From Mycobacteriales bacterium (GTDB lineage: Bacteria; Actinomycetota; Actinomycetes; Mycobacteriales; CADCTP01): a DNA stretch of 64,000 bases. Below the pieces are notes generated by a model, which saw nothing but the letters and a program-made list of their open reading frames with translations, made no database searches and was not told the DNA's origin. The stretch's first letter is position 1, and each line of letters starts with the position of its first letter. Position numbers and translations under genes: made by a program. Where the stretch lies: assembly GCA_035995165.1 (NCBI GenBank), contig DASYKU010000027.1:37733-101732 (forward strand). Reading direction: 5' to 3'. Positions 36,203-44,735 of this stretch are shown here, one piece after another.

Positions 36203-36967
36203 ATGGCGGTGCTGGGCGAGCTGGTGGCGGCGTTGCGGAGCGGCTCGATCGAGGTGATCGACCTGACCGCGCCGCTGGTGGAGACGACGCCGGTGCTGGT
36301 GCTGCCGGAGCCGTTCGCGAACACGAGCACGTTCCGGCTGGAGGAGCTGAGCCGGTACGACGAGCGCGGCCCGGGCTGGTACTGGAACGACATCCACACC
36401 GGCGAGCACACCGGCACCCACCTCGACGCCCCGATCCACTGGATCACCGGCAGGGACGCCGGCGACATCTCCGAGCTCGCGCCCGGGCGGCTGGTCGCCC
36501 CGGCCGCGGTGCTGGACATGTCCGGGGCCGAGCCCGACTTCCTGCTGGAGATCGAGCACGTCCGGGCGTTCGAGGACGCGCACGGGCCGCTGCCCGAGGG
36601 CGGCTGGCTGCTCTACCGGACCGGCTGGGACATCCGGGCGCACTCCCAGGCCGAGTTCCTCAACGCCGACGACACCGGCCCGCACACGCCGGGCGTCTCG
36701 GTCGAGTGCGCGAAGTGGCTGGCCACCGAGACCCCGATCATGGGCCTCGGGGTGGAGACCGTCGGCACCGACGCCGGGGCCGCGCACTCCTTCGACCCGC
36801 CGTTCCCCTGCCACACCTACCTGCTCGGGGCGGGCAAGTACGGCCTGACCCAGCTGCGGAACCTGCAGCAGCTGCCGCCGACCGGCGCGGTGCTGATGAC
36901 CGGGCCGCTGCCGATCGTCGGCGGCTCGGGCAGCCCGACCCGCGTGCTGGCCCTGGTCGAGCGCTGA
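36203..36967 (+). CDS. cyclase-family protein (kynurenine formamidase-like)
   Basis: HTGEHTGTHLDAPIHW is the cyclase-family metal motif. ATG at 36203 follows GAGGGGG; earlier in-frame starts are possible. Confidence 0.8.
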   Translation: MAVLGELVAALRSGSIEVIDLTAPLVETTPVLVLPEPFANTSTFRLEELSRYDERGPGWYWNDIHTGEHTGTHLDAPIHWITGRDAGDISELAPGRLVAPAAVLDMSGAEPDFLLEIEHVRAFEDAHGPLPEGGWLLYRTGWDIRAHSQAEFLNADDTGPHTPGVSVECAKWLATETPIMGLGVETVGTDAGAAHSFDPPFPCHTYLLGAGKYGLTQLRNLQQLPPTGAVLMTGPLPIVGGSGSPTRVLALVER

Positions 36968-38598
36968 TGCTCGCCTCCCAGGCGGTCGGCCGGGCCCTGG
37001 TCGCGCTGGGCGCGGACCGCGTGTTCGGCGTGGTCGGCAGCGGCAACTTCCACGCGACCAACGCCATGATCGCGGCCGGCGCCGACTACGTGGCGGCCCG
37101 GCACGAGGGCGGCGCGGCCACCATGGCCGATGCGTACGCGCGGGTCAGCGGCCGGCTCGGGGTGCTGACCGTCCACCAGGGACCGGGCCTGACCAACGCG
37201 ACGACCGGGATCACCGAGGCGGCCAAGAGCCGGACGCCGCTGGTGGTGCTGGCCGCCGACACCGGCGCCGCCGCGGTCCGGTCCAACTTCCGGATCGACC
37301 AGGGCGGGCTGGCGACCGCGGTCGGCGCGGTGGCCGAGCGGGTGCACACGCCCGGCTCCGCGGTCGCCGACACCGTCCGCGCGGTCCGGACCGCGGTGCT
37401 GGAGCGCCGGACCGTGGTGCTGAACCTGCCGCTGGACGTGCAGGCCGGGACGGTGCCGGACGACGCGCTCGACGGGCTGGTCCCGGTCACCCCGCTGCCG
37501 GCACCGCGGCCGGCGGCGGAGTCGGTCGAGGCGCTGGCGGCGTTGCTCGCGGGAGCCCACCGGCCGGTGTTCCTGGCCGGGCGCGGGGCTCGCGGCGCCG
37601 GCCCGGCGCTGGCCGCGCTGGCCGAGCGGTGCGGCGCCCTGCTGGCCACCTCGGCGGTCGCGAAAGGACTGTTCGCCGGGCACCCGTGGGCGCTGGACGT
37701 CTCCGGCGGCTTCGCGACCCCGCTGGCGGCCGAGCTGATCGGCGAGGCCGACGTCGTGGTCGCCTGGGGCTGCTCGATGTCGATGTGGACGACCCGGCAC
37801 GGTCGGCTCATCGGTCCACACGCGACGGTCGCGCAGGTCGACCTGGACGTGGACGCGCTCGGCGCCCACCGAACGATCGACCTGCCCGTGCTCGGCGACG
37901 TCGGCGCGACCGCGGCGGCGCTCGACCTGAACCCCTCCCCCGGCTACCGCACGGACGCGCTGGCCGACCGGATCGCGGCCGAGGGCCGCTGGCGGGACGT
38001 GTCCTACGTGGACGGTTCCGGCGCGGACACGATCGACCCGCGGACGCTGACGATCGCGCTGGACGACCTGCTGCCGGCGCAGCGGCTGGTCGCCGTCGAC
38101 TCCGGCAACTTCATGGGCTACCCGAGCATGTACCTGTCCGTACCGGACGAGGGCGGGTTCTGCTTCACCCAGGCGTTCCAGTCCATCGGGCTCGGGCTCG
38201 GCACCGCGATCGGGGCCGCGCTGGCCCGGCCGGACCGGCTGACCGTGGCCGCGCTCGGCGACGGCGGCATCCTGATGGCCGTCTCCGAGCTGGAGACCGC
38301 GGTCCGGATCGGCCTGCCGCTGGTGATCGTGGTCTACGACGACCGCGGCTACGGCGCCGAGGTGCACCACTTCGGGCCCGACGGCTTCGACCTCGGCACC
38401 GTACGGTTCCCGGACGCCGACATCGCGTCGATCGCCCGCGGCTTCGGCTGCGCCGGGGTGACGGTACGGCGGCCGGCGGACCTGGCGCCGCTGACGGACT
38501 GGCTGGCCGGGCCGCGGACCGCGCCGATCGTGATCGACGCCAAGGTCACCGCCGACACCGGCTCCTGGTGGCTCGAGGAGGCCTTCCGCGGCCACTGA
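36967..38598 (+). CDS. thiamine-diphosphate-binding enzyme (acetolactate synthase-like), 543 aa
   Basis: TGATG overlap with the cyclase gene. The N-terminal Pyr domain is VFGVVGSGNFHATNAM...HEGGAATMADAYAR and the TPP motif is GDGGILMAVSELETAV..LPLVIVVYDD. Confidence 0.85.
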   Translation: MLASQAVGRALVALGADRVFGVVGSGNFHATNAMIAAGADYVAARHEGGAATMADAYARVSGRLGVLTVHQGPGLTNATTGITEAAKSRTPLVVLAADTGAAAVRSNFRIDQGGLATAVGAVAERVHTPGSAVADTVRAVRTAVLERRTVVLNLPLDVQAGTVPDDALDGLVPVTPLPAPRPAAESVEALAALLAGAHRPVFLAGRGARGAGPALAALAERCGALLATSAVAKGLFAGHPWALDVSGGFATPLAAELIGEADVVVAWGCSMSMWTTRHGRLIGPHATVAQVDLDVDALGAHRTIDLPVLGDVGATAAALDLNPSPGYRTDALADRIAAEGRWRDVSYVDGSGADTIDPRTLTIALDDLLPAQRLVAVDSGNFMGYPSMYLSVPDEGGFCFTQAFQSIGLGLGTAIGAALARPDRLTVAALGDGGILMAVSELETAVRIGLPLVIVVYDDRGYGAEVHHFGPDGFDLGTVRFPDADIASIARGFGCAGVTVRRPADLAPLTDWLAGPRTAPIVIDAKVTADTGSWWLEEAFRGH

Positions 38599-38600
38599 CC

Positions 38601-38636
38601 CGCCGGCGGGGCCCGGACGCGGTCCGGGCGCCGGCG
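38601..38636. terminator. imperfect GC hairpin that exactly fills the gap between two convergent stops
   Basis: The core stem gcccggac / gtccgggc is 8 bp with a 3-nt loop, flanked by cgccggcg / gccggcg pairing. Confidence 0.4.
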
Positions 38637-39263
38637 TCAGACCGGGGTGACCTCGTCGGGGCTGAACCCGGTGGCGGCACGGAACGCCTCGACCACCTCG
38701 GCCGGGTGCGGGCTGGCCGACAGCAGCATCGACTGCCCGTCCCGCAGGCCGGACCGCAGGTCCCAGTCGTCGACGACCGCCAGCACGTCGCCGGTGGCGG
38801 CCAGCTCCAGCACGACGACCGCCCGGTCGTCGGCCTGCTCGGCGTTGGTGCGCAGCCGGTTCGCGGCCGGGCCCCAGTCGTACCCGATCCGGGCCACGGC
38901 CGGGGCGGTCAGCACGTCCGGCCGCTCCTGCCAGCGCAGCACCCGGAACGGCGGCGGCGTCCACGGCGCGGACGCCTCCAGCGCGTCGGCCAGCCGGCCG
39001 AGGAACGCCCGGACCGAGGCCTCGTCGTGGGGCTGCGGGATGCCGCCGGTCAGCGCCGCACCGCTGGCCAGCGCCGCTCGCAGCGCGGCCAGCGTGGCCT
39101 CCGGCGGCCGGCCCAGCAGCGGGCGCTCGACCAGGTCACGCGCCCCGCGCGCGACGAGCTGATCGTCGTCGAGCGTCGGTGCGAACTGGGCCTGGTAGAG
39201 CACCGCGTTGACCGCCGGCCGCCACTCCTGCTCGTTCACCACGCCTGCCCTTCCGTCCGGCAC
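38637..39263 (-). CDS. hypothetical 208-aa cytoplasmic protein; candidate immunity protein for the upstream toxin
   Basis: The GTG start lies 1 nt after the toxin stop (TGAgGTG). The ORF is intact with ordinary, non-shadow amino-acid composition, no signal peptide or TM segment, and no family I recognise. Confidence 0.6.
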   Translation of the reverse strand: MPDGRAGVVNEQEWRPAVNAVLYQAQFAPTLDDDQLVARGARDLVERPLLGRPPEATLAALRAALASGAALTGGIPQPHDEASVRAFLGRLADALEASAPWTPPPFRVLRWQERPDVLTAPAVARIGYDWGPAANRLRTNAEQADDRAVVVLELAATGDVLAVVDDWDLRSGLRDGQSMLLSASPHPAEVVEAFRAATGFSPDEVTPV

Positions 39264-39264
39264 C

Positions 39265-40749
39265 TCAGTTGGGCGCGATCATCATGACCTGATCATCCCT
39301 GATCGGGATGCCGGCGTCGCGCAGCCGCTGGACCATCTGCTGCGTCATCGCCTGGGTCGGACGGTAGTGCCCGCTCTGGTCGGTGAGCCGGACCACCTGG
39401 CCGTTGCTGACCTCCAGCTCGCCCGCCGCGGACACCGGCTTACCGCCGAGCAGGCTGGAGTGGTGGAACGCCCCGACCTCCTGGTAGTTCGAGGCGTAGA
39501 TGTTGCCCTGCTCGTCCATGACGTAGATCGCCCGCCCGTCGCCGCTCCAGTGCGTGACGCCGGCGGCGGTGTCGAACGGGTTGCCGTTGACGTCGACGAG
39601 CTTGCCGTCCTTCGGGATCACCCGGTACGACTCCCGGCCCGCGTCGTCGAGGTACTTGACCTCGGTGCCCCAGACCGAGTTGCCCGGCAAGTGCTCCCCC
39701 TCGAAGGCGGTCTGCATGTCCTTGGTCGGCAGCGGGTTGCCGCCCTCGAGCTTCGGCGGCGGCCAGACCTCGTCGAGGGTCTTGCCGAGGTCGTCGCCCT
39801 CCTTGATCAGCTTGCTCGCGTCCTCGCCGGCGAGCAGCGCCTTCTCCCCGGCCGCGACGACCTCCTCACCGGCGACCGCGGCCTTGACCCCCTTGAGCCC
39901 GGACAGGATCTTGCCCGCCGGCAGGAACGTCAACGCGGCGTCGATGCCGATCGCGGCCCAGGATCCCTTGCCGGTGGCGACCTTGATGGCGACGTCGATC
40001 GCCAGCGCGGCGCCCGCGGTGATCAGCGCGAACGGGGCCAGGAACTGCAGCCCCGGCACCAGCGAGAGCACGCCCAGCACGGCCGAGATGCCCTTGAGCA
40101 CGCTGGAGATCTTGGCCAGCACGTCGGCGTGGTCGGCGATCCAGCCCTTGACCGAGGACCAGGCCCGCGACAGCCAGCCCGGCTCCTTGTACGGCGCGTT
40201 CGCGACGTTCTTGATCGTGCCGGCCGCGGTGGACGCGGCCGACTGGTGCTCGGAGTGGAGCCGGCGGGCCTGGGCGATGACGTCCTGCAGGTCGGAGCTG
40301 ATCGTGTTCGCGCTGGACCTGGCCGAGTCGTACTGGTTCTTCAGCTGGGTGTACTGGGCGCTGCCGGAGGGCGCGGTCTGCCCGGCGAGCCGGTTGACCT
40401 CGGCCACCGCGGACTGCTCCCGGCGGCGCAGCTCGGCCGCCCGGGACTCCAGCTCGCTCGCGCGGCGCTGCCGGGCGGCCAGGCCGGAGTGGTAGTCGGT
40501 GAGCGCCTGGGCGGCGGTCTGGTGCGAGGTCGCGGCCAGGTCGAGGTCGCGGGGCAGGTCCTTGAGCTGGCCGCGGAAGGCCTCGGCCGCGTCGCCGGTC
40601 CAGCCCGAGGAGTTCAGCCGGGTGACGTTGGCGGACGCGCTGGAGAACACCTTGCCCGCGCCGGTCACATCGGAGGCGGCGGAGTTCAGCGCTGCCGCGT
40701 CCCCCGGCGCCGGATCGAACCCCAGCGCAGGAAACTCCCGCGTCGTCAT
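39265..40749 (-). CDS. WXG100-like/T7SS-type polymorphic toxin candidate, 494 aa
   Basis: The N-terminus reads LGFDPAPGD...NSSGW50TG52DAAEAF (WxG at nt 40600-40602) within a ~200-aa helical region. A Gly/Ala-rich hydrophobic segment spans aa ~215-290. The C-terminal ~170 aa could not be assigned. GGGGG RBS lies 7 nt upstream of the ATG. Confidence 0.7.
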   Translation of the reverse strand: MTTREFPALGFDPAPGDAAALNSAASDVTGAGKVFSSASANVTRLNSSGWTGDAAEAFRGQLKDLPRDLDLAATSHQTAAQALTDYHSGLAARQRRASELESRAAELRRREQSAVAEVNRLAGQTAPSGSAQYTQLKNQYDSARSSANTISSDLQDVIAQARRLHSEHQSAASTAAGTIKNVANAPYKEPGWLSRAWSSVKGWIADHADVLAKISSVLKGISAVLGVLSLVPGLQFLAPFALITAGAALAIDVAIKVATGKGSWAAIGIDAALTFLPAGKILSGLKGVKAAVAGEEVVAAGEKALLAGEDASKLIKEGDDLGKTLDEVWPPPKLEGGNPLPTKDMQTAFEGEHLPGNSVWGTEVKYLDDAGRESYRVIPKDGKLVDVNGNPFDTAAGVTHWSGDGRAIYVMDEQGNIYASNYQEVGAFHHSSLLGGKPVSAAGELEVSNGQVVRLTDQSGHYRPTQAMTQQMVQRLRDAGIPIRDDQVMMIAPN

Positions 40750-40824
40750 CGACGTACCCCCTGCACGATCTGCGGACCGTTTGTGCCGATCATGGACACT
40801 GCCGAGCCAGAAGATATAACACGG

Positions 40825-42852
40825 ATGCCCGGTAGGCGACTATTGCCCGGTTTGGTACGATCCACGGCGCGGCCGGGAATGACCCGGCCGGTCTCTAGGC
40901 TGGCTCCGGTGGTGACGACAGCGACGGACGAGCCCGGCCAGACGGCCGCGTACACGCGGCGGCAGGTGGCCGCGCCCCTGCGCGCCTTCCTCAGCACGGA
41001 GTCCGGCTCCGCCGGCGTGCTCGTACTGGCCATCCTGGCCGCGCTCGTCTGGGCCAACATCGACCTCGGATCGTACGAGAGCTTCTGGCGGACCCAGTTC
41101 GCGCTGCGGGTCGGCGACCACGGGGTCAGCCGGGACCTGCGGACCTGGGTCAACAGCGGCCTGATGACGTTCTTCTTCCTCGTGGTCGGGCTGGAGGCCC
41201 GGCGCGAGATCGACCTCGGCGACCTGCGGGACCGGCGCCGGCTGGTGCTGCCGTTCGTCGGCGGCCTGTTCGCGATGGCCGTCCCGGTGCTGATCTACCT
41301 CGCGATCAACGCCGGGCACGGCAGCGCCCACGGCTGGGGCGTGGCGATGTCCACCGACACCGCGCTCGCGCTGGGCGGGCTGGCCCTGCTCGGCAAGCGG
41401 GTGCCGGACCGGACCCGGGTCTTCCTGCTCACCCTGTTCGTGGTCGACGACCTGGCCTCGCTGGTGGTGATCGGGGTCGCGTACAGCGGGTCGGTCGAGA
41501 TCATGCCGATCCTGCTGGCGGTCCTGCTGCTGGGCCTGATGATCGGGATGCTGGCGATCGGCGTCGACTGGGCCCCGGCGTACCTGCTGGCCGGGATCGC
41601 GATGTGGTCGGCGCTGCTGACCAGCGGGGTCGACCCGGTGGTGGCGGGGCTGGCGATCGGGCTGACCGCCCCGGCGTACTCGCCCGCGCGGCAGAGCCTG
41701 GAGGAGGCCTCGGGCCTGTTCCGGCTGTTCCGGGAGCAGCCGACGCCGGAGCTGGCCCGGACCGCGGCCGTCCGGCTCACCTCGACGCTCTCGCCGAACG
41801 CCCGGCTGCAGCGGGTCTACCACCCCTGGACGAGCTACGCGATCGTGCCGCTGTTCGGGCTGGCCAACGCCGGCATCGCCCTGGACGGCGGGTTCCTGGC
41901 CGACGCGTACCGGTCGCCGGTGACCTGGGGCGTCATCCTCGGGTACGTCGCCGGCAAGCCGATCGCGATCCTCGGCTCCTCCTGGCTGGTCACCCGGCTG
42001 TCGAAGGGCCGGCTGCGCCCGACCGTGGGCTGGGCCGCGGTCGCCGGCAGCGGCACCATCGGCGGGGTCGGCTTCACCGTGTCCTTCCTCATCGCCAACC
42101 TGGCCCTGGAGGGCACCGCGCTGGCCCAAGCCAAGCTGGGCGTGCTGAGCGCGGCCGTGCTGGCCACGGGGCTGACCTGGGTGGTGTTCCGGTCCACCGC
42201 ACTGCTGCCGGCCGGCCGCCGGGAGCGGGCCCTGCTCGGCGACGCCGAGCAGCTGCTGGACCTGGTCGACCCGGTCGACGAGGACCGCGACCACATCCGC
42301 GGGCCGGGCGACGCGACCGTCACCGTGGTCGAGTACGGCGACTTCCAGTGCCCGTACTGCGGGCAGGCCGAGACCGCGATCCGGGCCGAGTTCGAGACCG
42401 ACCACGACGTCCGGTACGTCTGGCGGCACCTGCCACTGATCGACGTGCACCCGCAGGCGCAGCTGGCGGCGGAGGCGGCCGAGGCCGCGGCCGCGCAGGG
42501 CGTGTTCTGGCCGATGCACGACGTGCTGCTCACCCACCAGGAGAAGCTCGCCGGCATCGACCTGATGCGGTACGCCCGCGAGCAGAGCCTGGACGAGGCC
42601 CGGTTCCACGACGAGATCATGCGGCACGTGTACGCGGCCCGGGTCGCCCAGGACGTCGAGACCGCCGACGAGAGCGGGGTGTCGGGGACGCCGACGTTCT
42701 TCATCAACGGGCAGCGGTACACCGGCAGCTTCAGCGCCGCCGGGCTGACCGCGGCGGTCGCGGCGGCCCGGGCCCGGGCGGCCCGCGGCGGCCGCAGCCA
42801 GCCCCAGGCCGACGTCCGGGTCCGGACGAAGTCCCGCCGCGGCCTGCTCTGA
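40825..42852 (+). CDS. nhaA: Na+/H+ antiporter NhaA fused to a C-terminal DsbA-like thioredoxin domain
   Basis: NhaA motifs are FLSTESGSAGVLV..ALVWAN, FFFLVVGLEARRE, FVVDDL and LFGLANAGI. The C-terminal part reads VVEYGDFQCPYCGQ (CxxC, nt 42349-42360) ...VSGTPTFFINGQ. The start is ATG 40825 or 40879. The 5' two-fifths of ORF 39208..42852 is antisense to the toxin gene and was rejected. Confidence 0.85.
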   Translation: MPGRRLLPGLVRSTARPGMTRPVSRLAPVVTTATDEPGQTAAYTRRQVAAPLRAFLSTESGSAGVLVLAILAALVWANIDLGSYESFWRTQFALRVGDHGVSRDLRTWVNSGLMTFFFLVVGLEARREIDLGDLRDRRRLVLPFVGGLFAMAVPVLIYLAINAGHGSAHGWGVAMSTDTALALGGLALLGKRVPDRTRVFLLTLFVVDDLASLVVIGVAYSGSVEIMPILLAVLLLGLMIGMLAIGVDWAPAYLLAGIAMWSALLTSGVDPVVAGLAIGLTAPAYSPARQSLEEASGLFRLFREQPTPELARTAAVRLTSTLSPNARLQRVYHPWTSYAIVPLFGLANAGIALDGGFLADAYRSPVTWGVILGYVAGKPIAILGSSWLVTRLSKGRLRPTVGWAAVAGSGTIGGVGFTVSFLIANLALEGTALAQAKLGVLSAAVLATGLTWVVFRSTALLPAGRRERALLGDAEQLLDLVDPVDEDRDHIRGPGDATVTVVEYGDFQCPYCGQAETAIRAEFETDHDVRYVWRHLPLIDVHPQAQLAAEAAEAAAAQGVFWPMHDVLLTHQEKLAGIDLMRYAREQSLDEARFHDEIMRHVYAARVAQDVETADESGVSGTPTFFINGQRYTGSFSAAGLTAAVAAARARAARGGRSQPQADVRVRTKSRRGLL

Positions 42853-42995
42853 GGCCCAGAGCCGGGGCAGCACGATCTCGACGACCGGGCACGGCGGATC
42901 TGAGGGTGCCCGCCCCGATCGGAGGGGCGATCATCCACCGCTCACCCGTCCGGCCCGGTCTGCTCCGCCGGCCGCACCACACCGGCCGGGGCGGG

Positions 42996-43826
42996 TCAGG
43001 CGGGGTATTCGGTGCTGAGGGTGAGGGGCTCCCAGGTGTCCACGTCGGTGCGGAGGCGGTCGAGGGCGCCGCGGAAGCCGGCCAGCGCGTCCGGGCCGAG
43101 TACGAGCATGAACGGCGGGTCGTCGGCGTCGACAGCCGTGAGGATCGCCTCCGCGCCGCGGACGGGGTCGCCCGGCTGGGTGCCGTGCACACGGTCGTTC
43201 TGCTTGCGCCGCGGACCGGCCGTCCCGTCGTAGTCGTCGATCGTGATGCTCGATCCCACCAGCGACCGCCCGGCGAAGTCGGTCCGGAACTGCCCCGGCT
43301 CGACCACCATCACCGCGATCCCGAGCGGGGCGACCTCCTGGCGCAGCGAGGCGGACAGGGCCTCCAGCGCGGCCTTGGTCGCGGCGTAGTAGCCCGATCC
43401 GGCCGGCGAGATCCGGGCGCCGATCGAGGAGATGTTGACGATCGTGCCGCGCCGCCGCGCGCGCATGCCCGGCAGGACCGCCTTCGTCAGCGTGATCGGG
43501 CCGAACAGGTTCGTCGCGAACAGCCGCTGCACGTCGTCCTCGTCGCCCTCCTCGACGGCCGCGCGGTAGCCGTAGCCGGCGTTGTTGACGAGCACGTCCA
43601 CGCCGCCGAAGCGGCGCCCGGCCCGCCGGACGGCGTCGGCGACCTGGTCCGGCACGGTGACGTCGAGGGCGAGCGGCAGCGCCGTGTCCGGGTGGGACGA
43701 CCCGAACTCGGCCACCGCCGCGACGTCGCGCGCGGTCACGACCGCGTTGTCGCCGCGGGCCAGCACCGCGTCCGCCAGCGCCCGGCCGAAGCCGGTCGAG
43801 CACCCCGTGATGAACCACGTCGCCAT
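42996..43826 (-). CDS. SDR-family oxidoreductase, 276 aa
   Basis: Contains WFITGCSTGFGRALA, NNAGYG and the catalytic YAATKAALE. Confidence 0.85.
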   Translation of the reverse strand: MATWFITGCSTGFGRALADAVLARGDNAVVTARDVAAVAEFGSSHPDTALPLALDVTVPDQVADAVRRAGRRFGGVDVLVNNAGYGYRAAVEEGDEDDVQRLFATNLFGPITLTKAVLPGMRARRRGTIVNISSIGARISPAGSGYYAATKAALEALSASLRQEVAPLGIAVMVVEPGQFRTDFAGRSLVGSSITIDDYDGTAGPRRKQNDRVHGTQPGDPVRGAEAILTAVDADDPPFMLVLGPDALAGFRGALDRLRTDVDTWEPLTLSTEYPA

Positions 43827-43877
43827 GAACGTCCTTCCGCCGGTCCCGACGCCAGGACCCTAGCGGCGCGGACCCGG

Positions 43878-44735
43878 TCAGGCCGGCAGCGTGAGGTTGT
43901 AGACGCGGGCGGCGTTGCCGGCCAGGACGAGCCCCGCGGTCTCCTCGTCCGGGCACAGTTCCGCCACCGCGCGGGCGTTGTTCGCGATACCCGGTACGCC
44001 GGGCCAGTCCGTACCGAAGATCATGCGGCGGGACAGCCGGCCCCAGTGGTGGCGCGCGTAGTAGTCGCGCAGCCGGGACGGCGGCAGTCCGGACAGCTCG
44101 ATCCAGACCCGCTCGTACGACAGGGCCAGGAACGCGGCTGCGTCGTACCACCAGCCCCGGCCGCCGTGGGCCAGCACCACGTCCAGGGACCGGAAGTCCC
44201 GCAGCACGTCGTCGAGCAGGATCGGGTCCGCGTACGCGTTCATCGAGCCCGGGAAGGTCGACGTGCCGCAGTGCACGACCAGCGGGATGCCGGCCTGCTG
44301 GCACACCGCGTACGCCGGGTACATGGCACGGTCGTCGGCCGGGAAACCCCCGTGCACCGGGTGGATCTTCAGCGCGACCGCGCCGAGGTCGAGCTGCCGC
44401 CGCAGCTCCGCCTCGATCGGGAAGTGCAGGTGCGGGTTGACGTTCGCGACCAGCCGGGTGCGCTGCGAGTACGACGTCAGCGGCAGTAGGTCCTCCACCG
44501 GCTGGATCCCGGTCACCTTGGGGCTGTACTCGGAGAACAGCAGGGCGACGTCGACCCCCTCGGCGGCCAGGTACGCGTCGAACCGGGCCGGGTCGACCGT
44601 CCCGGCCTCGTCGTAGACGGCGCCGAGCACGCCGCCGTCGCCGAAGTCCTGGGCCCAGGTCCGCCAGGCCGGCGTGAGCGTCGGCAGCCGGGCCGCGTGC
44701 ACGTGCACGTCGACCAGGGCCCGGCCGTCGAGCAT
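43878..44735 (-). CDS. amidohydrolase-family (TIM-barrel metal hydrolase) protein, 285 aa
   Basis: The ATG overlaps the ligase stop (TGATG at 44733-44737). The HxH motif VDVHVHA is present, followed by IHPVHGGF, VVHCG, AHGG and FGTDWP. Confidence 0.8.
   Translation of the reverse strand: MLDGRALVDVHVHAARLPTLTPAWRTWAQDFGDGGVLGAVYDEAGTVDPARFDAYLAAEGVDVALLFSEYSPKVTGIQPVEDLLPLTSYSQRTRLVANVNPHLHFPIEAELRRQLDLGAVALKIHPVHGGFPADDRAMYPAYAVCQQAGIPLVVHCGTSTFPGSMNAYADPILLDDVLRDFRSLDVVLAHGGRGWWYDAAAFLALSYERVWIELSGLPPSRLRDYYARHHWGRLSRRMIFGTDWPGVPGIANNARAVAELCPDEETAGLVLAGNAARVYNLTLPA

Noticed and set aside
39268-39777. An R-S-E type ADP-ribosyltransferase reading of the toxin C-terminus (YR375, HSS431-432, ELE444-446).
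   Set aside because: The Ser-to-ExE spacing is only ~13 residues, against the ~35-50 seen in characterised R-S-E ARTs, so the motif match is probably coincidental.
39208-42852. A 1,214-aa ORF taken as a single gene. The same applies to the composites 796..3633, 880..2913, 36184..38598, 47743..50388 and 55106..58843.
   Set aside because: Only the 3' part is coding (nhaA from 40825). The 5' part is antisense to the toxin gene and RGPA-rich. For the other composites I trimmed to the internal start where recognisable protein sequence and an RBS begin.
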